Positions 54,602-64,000 of a stretch of DNA of 64,000 nucleotides are shown here, one piece after another (the first letter of the stretch is position 1; the number at the start of each line of letters is the position of its first letter). Both the position numbers and the translations under genes were made by a program. This DNA comes from the human T2T-CHM13v2.0 reference genome, Homo sapiens. Location of the stretch: NCBI RefSeq assembly GCF_009914755.1, contig NC_060926.1; one strand, 5' to 3'. The notes below the pieces were generated by a model, which saw only the letters and a list, made by a program, of their open reading frames with translations, did not search any database and had not been told where the DNA came from.

Positions 54602-54799
54602 CCAAACAAATATTTATGGAATAAAGGATTATTATTATTCTCAAATTTCACTAGATCAATAAGTGAAAAATGGTATCTTACTGTGGTTTCAATTCACATC
54701 AATTTAATTGCTAATTAAAATGAATTATTTTCATTATTTTTGGCCATTTATTTTTCTCCTTTTGCAAATTATTCATTTCCTTAGTTCATTTTCTATTGA

Positions 54800-55112
<313 letters not shown>

Positions 55113-56589
55113 TCTTTTTATTTTTAATAGTTCTTTAAATGTTAATGGTATTAACCCCTCATCTCTCATAGATTTTAGAAATAATTTCTCACAAATTTTC
55201 ATTTACGTTTTAATTCTTTTATATATTTTTGCCATATATAAGTTCTAGGTTTCTGTTTAGTCAAATCCATCAATTTGCTTTGTTTTCTCATCTTGGGGTC
55301 ACGTTTAGACAATCTCTCCATACCTGAAGACTATAAGAAGCCCATCTTTAAATTCTTTTAATATCTTTCATGTATCCTTTTTTAACACTTAAAATTAAAA
55401 TCTGTCGAATTTATTTTGCTATAACATATGAGATAGAGATAACTTTTTAAAATTATGAGTCTATTTTCTTAATAACATTTATGAATTCATCCTAACAGTG
55501 AGAACAAGTAGATAAGCTACATAAGTCATAGTTTAAAAAACTCATCAGAGAGCTGAGATTATAAAGAAATGTAAATGTACTAAATTCCAGAGAGCAGACT
55601 AGGCATATGACTGCTTTTGTCCCTGGTAGATTGAGGAGGGAAGGGAGAATATGCTATGGGGAAAGAGGAAACAGCCAACATTTTATTGAACATTTAGTGG
55701 TCACTTGTGGCCTGGCAGACTACGTGTGTATCTTGTATATCTTGAGTTCTCACATTAGTACTCATATTAGTATCTTAAGACACCCAATCACATAATGAGT
55801 CTGAACCCACCTGCCAACTGAAGCTGCACTGAAGTCAAAACCTAGGTCAACCCTCCACAGTAGTGGTTTGATAAAAGAAAGGGAACGTCCTGTATGGGTA
55901 TGAACATCATTAACTTTAGTGTCAACTATTATTTTACAGACAAAGCCAGATATAAAAAAATGACAAGGGACACACACAAAAAACCAAAATGTGCTCATGG
56001 TCAAGAGGAGAAATAATCAATAGAATCAGATGCAGAGATGGCCTAGATGTTGGAATTATCAGACAGAGATGTTAATATAGCTATAAAACATATGTTAAAT
56101 AATCCATCCAAAAAGATGGACAACATGTGTAAGTATATGGGGTTATTTCAACAGCGATATGAAATTACAACAAAGAACCAAATGCAAATTTTAGAAATGC
56201 AAAATACTTTATTAGAAATGCAAAATCTGCTGAGCTCATCAGCAGACTGGGAACAACAGAGGGAACAACCAATCAGTGAATTTGAAGACAGGTTAAGAGA
56301 AATTATTCAAACTGAAACACAAAGAGAAAAGGATATAACAAAACAGAGGGGATCTCTGGGGTGATAGCAAATGGTCCAATATATGTGTAAGTGGAGCACT
56401 AAAAGGGGAAGTGAGAGGATGGAGCAGAAGATATATTTAGCAGAAATAATAGCAGAGAATTGAACAAGATTAATGAAGGAAACCCGCAGATCTAAGACTC
56501 AGTGAATTTCAAATGGAATAAACACAAATAAAACCACACTTAGATACATCATATTCAAATGGCTAAAAGCCATGGATAAAGATAAAATC

Positions 56590-56886
<297 letters not shown>

Positions 56887-57535
56887 AAGATAAAATCTTA
56901 AAATCAGCTAGAGAGAAAAAACACATACACAGAGGAACGATGATAAGAGTCAATTTTCATTGATTATTTTTATTAGAACCGATGGAGGGCAGATGACAAT
57001 GGAACAATATTAAATTTTAAATGAAAAAATAAAAAGACAAAATTAAAAACCCTTTCCAGCAAGAAACATATATCCAGAAAAAAAGTATCTTTAAATAAAG
57101 GCAAATACAAATTTTCAAACAAAGACTGAGAGAATTAATCACAAGTAGATCTACACTTCAAGAAATGCTAAAAGAAGGTCTTCAAGCTGAAGAGTAATGA
57201 TGCCAGATGAAATCCCAGATCTGCAGGAAGGTACGAAGAGTATTAGAAAGATGTATGTATACCTCTAGACCTATGTCTACTTATAAATGTTGACCAAAGC
57301 AAAACAATAACAAGGAATTGTGGGATTTATAGAATAAATAAAAGTAAAATATATGAAAACAAAAGCACAAGACAGGAGGGAGTAAATGAAATATATTGCT
57401 CTAATATTTTAGGGGAAAATAGACAAATCCTTGATCATAGCTAGGCATTTTAACACCACTCTCTGAGTGACAGATAGAATTAGCAGCCAAAATCAGTCAA
57501 ATGTTTTATAAAAATGTGCCTTTTAATCTCTAGAG

Positions 57536-58050
<515 letters not shown>

Positions 58051-58063
58051 CCTAGAGTAACTA

Positions 58064-58261
58064 AAGTAAACCTCACTTAATGTTATCAGTAGGTTTTTGG
58101 AAAATGTGACTGAGTAAAATGACATATAATAAAACCATTTTTTCATCATTATGATGAAATAATGTTGAACACGACGACATTATTTGAGAACCTGCTGTAC
58201 ATTGTTTCACTTGAAGTCAGTTTCCAAGAACCTATTGATGATATTAAGTGAGAGCTTACTT
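58064..58261. mobile_element. MER6B-like TcMar-Tigger MITE
   Basis: Long inverted termini agtaaacctcacttaatgttatcagtaggtttttggaaa ... tttccaagaacctattgatgatattaagtgagagcttact, flanked by TA. Confidence 0.8.
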
Positions 58262-58993
58262 TACTAAAAAAGTGTGAAGAGTTATATCTAAAAGTTCAAT
58301 AGATGACATTAAAACACACAAAAAAATACTTGATTGACCCCTAAAAAACTCAGGAAAAGTGGAGCAGAGCACAAAACAAAACAAAACAAAGGTGACAAAT
58401 AGAAAACATACCAAGATGGTAGACTCAAGCCAAAGCATAACAGTTACTACATTGGGTGTAAATAGAAAAACTCTCCAATTAAAATGCAGAGACTGCCAGG
58501 CTGGATAAAGAAGAAAGATCCAACTGTACATTGTTTATATAATAAGAAACAACTTAAATATAAAGACAGGTTGAAAGTAAAAGGGTGGAACAAGATATAC
58601 CGTGAAAACCCTAACCACAAGAAAGCTGGGGTGGCTATATCAATATCAGAAGAGGTAGCCTTCAAAATAAAGATATAAATGCCAAAAGGGACATTTCATA
58701 AATATAAAAGGAAAATTCATGAAACCGTAATAATCCTAAATGTGTATTCACCTAATAACAGAGCCCCAAATACATGAAGCAAAAGCTGACAGAATTAAAG
58801 GGGAAAATGACAAATCCATTATCATACTTAGTCACTTCAACACCACTCTCTGAGTAACTGATAGAATGAGCAGACAAAACCAGTAAGGTTACAGAATATT
58901 TGAATGACATCATCAAAATGACTTTGACATTTTGAACACTATATCCAACAATAGTAGAATACTTGTTCTTTTTAAGTGCACATGGAAAATTCA

Positions 58994-59308
<315 letters not shown>

Positions 59309-59751
59309 GGAAATGATGTTGAACAAAATGACATTATTGGAGAACCTGCTTTACGTCGTTTCACTTAAAGTCACAGTTTCCAAAAACCTATTGAAGACAT
59401 TAAGTGAGCGCTTACTGTACTAAAAAGTAATGTGAAGAGTTATATCTAAAAGTTCAATAGATGACACTAAAACACACAAAAAATACTTGATCGACCCCTA
59501 AAAAATGTAAAGATGTCACAAAATAAGTTTCAATAAATTTAAGTGTTTTGATTTTTATATAGAATCTATTCTCTGACCACAATATGACTAAAATAGAAAT
59601 CAATGACAAAAGGTTATCGAGAAAATTCATAAATATTTGGAAATTAAATAATACACTTCTAAATAACCTATGGGTCAATAGGAAATCATAAAATAACTTA
59701 GCAAATATTTTCACCTGAGTAATAATGAAAAGATACTATATTAAAATTTGT

Positions 59752-60040
<289 letters not shown>

Positions 60041-63000
60041 TTCTGAGATGCAGCTACAGCAGTGTTTAGAGGAAACTTTATAGCTTTAAACACATATTAG
60101 GAAAAAAAGGTTCAAATTCACTGATTTAAACTTCTACATTAAGAAGCTAGAAAAACAAGAGTACATTAAACCCAAGGTAGAAAAGAGAGTGAAAAGTAAT
60201 GAACTAGAAAACAGTAGAGAAAAACCTATTAAACCAATAGCTGCTTCTTTGAAAATATTAACAAAATGCCCTAGAAAGACTAATAAAGAAAATATAAAAA
60301 AAATTATCACTATCAGGAATTAAAGAGAGGCCACCACTGCAGATTATATAGACATTAAAGTGATAATGAGGGAATATTAAGGATGACTTCATGACAGTAA
60401 GTTCAACAACTTTGATGAAATCAACAAATTTCTTGAAAATTGCAGATTACCAAAACTTACACAAGAATAGAAAGTCTAAATAGCCCTATGTCTTATCAAA
60501 GACATTAAACTTATAATAAAAAATCTTCTTACAAAAAATCTTCAGGCTCAAATGGCTTCTCCAGAAAATTCTATCGAATATCTAAGGAAGAAATAATACC
60601 ACAAAATAATCCTACAAAACTCTGGAGGAAACAGAGGAGGAGGGAATACTTCTCAATTTGTTTTATGAAGTCAGCATAATCCTGGTATGAAAACCTAACA
60701 AGAAAATTATAGACCAATATCCCTTAATAACATATTTGCAAAAATTCTTAATAAAATATTAGCCAATTGAATCCAGCAATACATAGAAAGAATAGTATAT
60801 AATGACCAAGTGCGATTTACCCCAGGTGTGAAAAGTTTATTTACTACTCCAATAGAAATCGATGTAATTCATCACTATGAGGTGGTGGCTAAAGGAGACT
60901 AAAGAACTAAAGGAGAAAAACCATACCATCATCTCAATAAATACAGAAAAAGCATCTGATAAAATTCAAACACATATATGATTAAACACTTTCAACTAAC
61001 TAGAAATAAACAGGAACTTCTTTGATCTGATAAAGAAGGTATCCAAAAACCTACAAAAGTGAGATTAAAAATACTTTTAAAAATAGCATTAAAACCCACC
61101 AAATACCTAGGAATGTGTCTGAAGAAAGATGCACAAGACCTCCATGTTGACCACTGCACAAACATCATTGAGAGAAATGAAATAACACCTGCGTTAATGG
61201 AGAAATATACCATGTTCATAGATTAGAGTTCTTGGATATTGAAAAGAAGTTGATTTTCTCCAAATTGCTTTGTAGATTCAACACAATCTCAAGAAAAAAT
61301 GTCAGTGTCTTTTTGAAGAAAGCTGATTCTAAATTTTTAAAAGTGGACAACTTACACTAACTGCTTTTCAGACTTCCTATAAGGCTACAGTAATCAAGAT
61401 GGTATCGTACTGACATAAGGATAGACAAATGGATCCATGGAACAGAGTAGAGAGTTAGGCAATAAATCTCCACAATATGGTTAATTGATTTTTGAACAAG
61501 GAATCAAATTAATTCAAAGCAGAAAAGAAAACCTTTTAAACAAATGGTGCTAAAACAAACCGGATATTTATATAAAAAATAAACTTAACCCCCACGGAAA
61601 ATAATTTAAGATGAATCATTGACCTAAAATGTAAACTTAGAACCCTGAATCTTTTAGAAAAAAATATAGCAGGGTATTTGCAAATTTGGGGAATGCAAAG
61701 ACACCAACCAAATTAGCACAAAAAACTTTAACTATAAATAAAAAAAATAAGAATTGGACATCATCAGGATGAACATTTCTACTCATCAAAAGATACAATT
61801 AAGAAAATGAACAAGCAAGCCACAGATGAGGAAATATTCACAGTGATAAAGAATCCATATTCATAATATGTAAAGAATTACTAAAAATAATAAAAAGGCA
61901 GACAGCCCAGTTAAAATGGTAATAAGACTCATAGACACTTTACAATGCAAGATATGTAAATGGCCAATAAGCACATGAAAAGATATTCAACATTGTTGAA
62001 AAGCAAAGTGAAAATCATGATGAATTCCCGTTATACAAATATTAGAATGACTAAAATTAAAATAACTGACAATATCATATATCGGTGAGAGTGTGGAGGA
62101 ACTGGAACTCATACTTTGTTGGTGGGCATGTAAAATGGGACGGTAACTTTGGAGGACTCTCTGACAGTTCCTTATAAAGCTAAAACATACACCTACCCGT
62201 GACCCAGCAATTTGACTTCTAGGTATTTACCCAGGAGTCCTTAAAAATATCTGTACATGAATGTGCATTGCAGCTTTATTCAAATAATCATATGCTAAAA
62301 ACATCTTAGATCCATCCATAGGTGAATGAATTACACAATTTTTGATACAGTCAAACAATGGCCTACTTAGCAATAAAACAGAATCACTTATTGATACATA
62401 CAGCTATATGGCTGAAGCACAAAATTATTTTGCTGTGTGAAAGAAACCAGACACAAAAGAGTTCAAACAGAATGTTTCCATTTATATACATTTTTAGGAC
62501 AAGCAAAACTAATCTCTGGTGATAGAAATCAGAACAGTGGTTGATTCTGTGGGGTATCAACAGCAAAAGAGCATGAGGGAAATTTCGGGGTGATAGACAT
62601 ATTCTAGATCTTGATTTGGCTGTTTGCAACTGTCACAATTCATTGAACTGAGCAGTAAAGATCTGCGTATTTTGTTGTATGTAAATTGTACATCAATTTA
62701 TACATACAAATGAAAAAGAACAGTATTATGGAGGGAAATTTATATCTAGATATTTATTTTTATTGCTGTTATAAATATAATACTTTTTTCTATTACCTTT
62801 TCTCACTTGTCCAAGCAATTTTATAGTCAAAGTCTGTCAAACTTTTAATAAATAATTCCCTTCAAATTTCCTTGATGTCAAAACTTGATAAAGTCAGACA
62901 CAAAACTGTAGACCAAGTTCATTTTTGAAAATAAATGTAAAAACACAAAATAGTAGAAAATTAAATTGGATAACACTACACCATGACAAACCAGGATTTA

Positions 63001-63352
63001 TTCCAGGAATAGCAGGAGGAAAAGCATGTGATTATCTGAAAATATGCAAGAAAAGCTTTGGAAAAGGCTGTGACAGGCTCGCCGGACACGTTGAGGCTGA
63101 ACGTCACACTGCGTGGGAACGTCAGCACCTCAGGGAAGAGCCTCTCTGTGCCCCTGACCTCCCCGTGCACTGCAGAGCAGGGCCATTGCGTCCTAGATGC
63201 TCACGAGGCACTGATGGGGTAGAGGAATGAAGTCAACAATCAGTCTCATTGGGGCCACCAGACACATGTGACCTCTGCAGCCTGTCCTCCCACAAACTCC
63301 TCTACACAGCCACATGGTCCCTTGGACCTTTCTTTTTAAAAACTCTCCTAGT

Positions 63353-63668
63353 GGCCGGGGGTGGTTGCTCACACCTGTAATCCCAGCGCTCTGGGAGGCT
63401 GAGGTGGTTGGATCTCCTGAGGTCAGGAGTTTGAGACCAGCCTGGCCAACATGGTGAAACACCGTCTATACTGAAAATACAAAAAAATTAGATGGGCGTG
63501 GTGGTGGGCACCTGTAATTCCAGCTACTCAGGAGGCTGAGGCAGGAGAATCGCTTGAACCCGGTGTGGGGGCGGAGTTTGCAGTGAGCTGAGATCATGCT
63601 ACTGCACTCCAGCCTGGGCAATAAGAGTGAAACTCCATCTTAAAAAAATAATAACAATAAAAAAAAAA
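63353..63668 (+). mobile_element. Alu (AluSq/Sx-like)
   Basis: Full dimer; exact TSD taaaaactctcctag at 63337-63351 and 63669-63683. Confidence 0.95.
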
Positions 63669-64000
63669 TAAAAACTCTCCTAGCAGCAGCCAACAATGCT
63701 TGAGCTCTTGCTCTGGGCCAGGTCCTGCTGCCAAGGTTTTGTGTGGTTCAGCTCATGAAATCCACAGAGGTGCCTGCCCAGGGTGCTGTCCCTCTCCTGA
63801 CCACTGGCTGTTGGGAAGTGGGGGCAATGTTTCTAGGGTGATGGATGTTGTGGTCACACACTTGGCTGCTTCCTTTTCATTGGCTGGAGGCGTTTGGTGG
63901 CAACACCACTCTGCTAGGCAAGAACTCCTGGGAGCACCCTGCTTGGAGGAACACTGGGAAAGCCTCTAAGTACTTCATATGGAGACACGGGAGGGAAGGG

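Overview
Primate (human-like) genomic DNA carrying the 5' end of HS6ST1 (heparan sulfate 6-O-sulfotransferase 1) on the minus strand. Coding exon 1 runs from 42512 to 41986 and ends at a CAG|GTGAG donor, inside a large CpG island. Everything from 41985 down to position 1 is GC-rich intron, and the rest of the CDS lies outside the window. A second CpG island sits about 3.5 kb upstream. Beyond about 51.9 kb the sequence is an AT-rich stack of nested retroelements and DNA transposons (old L1s, L2, MER30, MER6B-like, many Alus). The other ORFs in the track are GC-rich or repeat-derived noise. The three most notable observations are: (1) an Alu fused to a 34-nt 5' half of tRNA-Cys(GCA) inside a single target-site duplication; (2) an ATF4-like two-uORF layout plus a G-quadruplex motif in the HS6ST1 leader; (3) two local templated duplications inside an ancient L1. 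Repeat subfamily names come from recalled consensus sequences and repeat boundaries are approximate.
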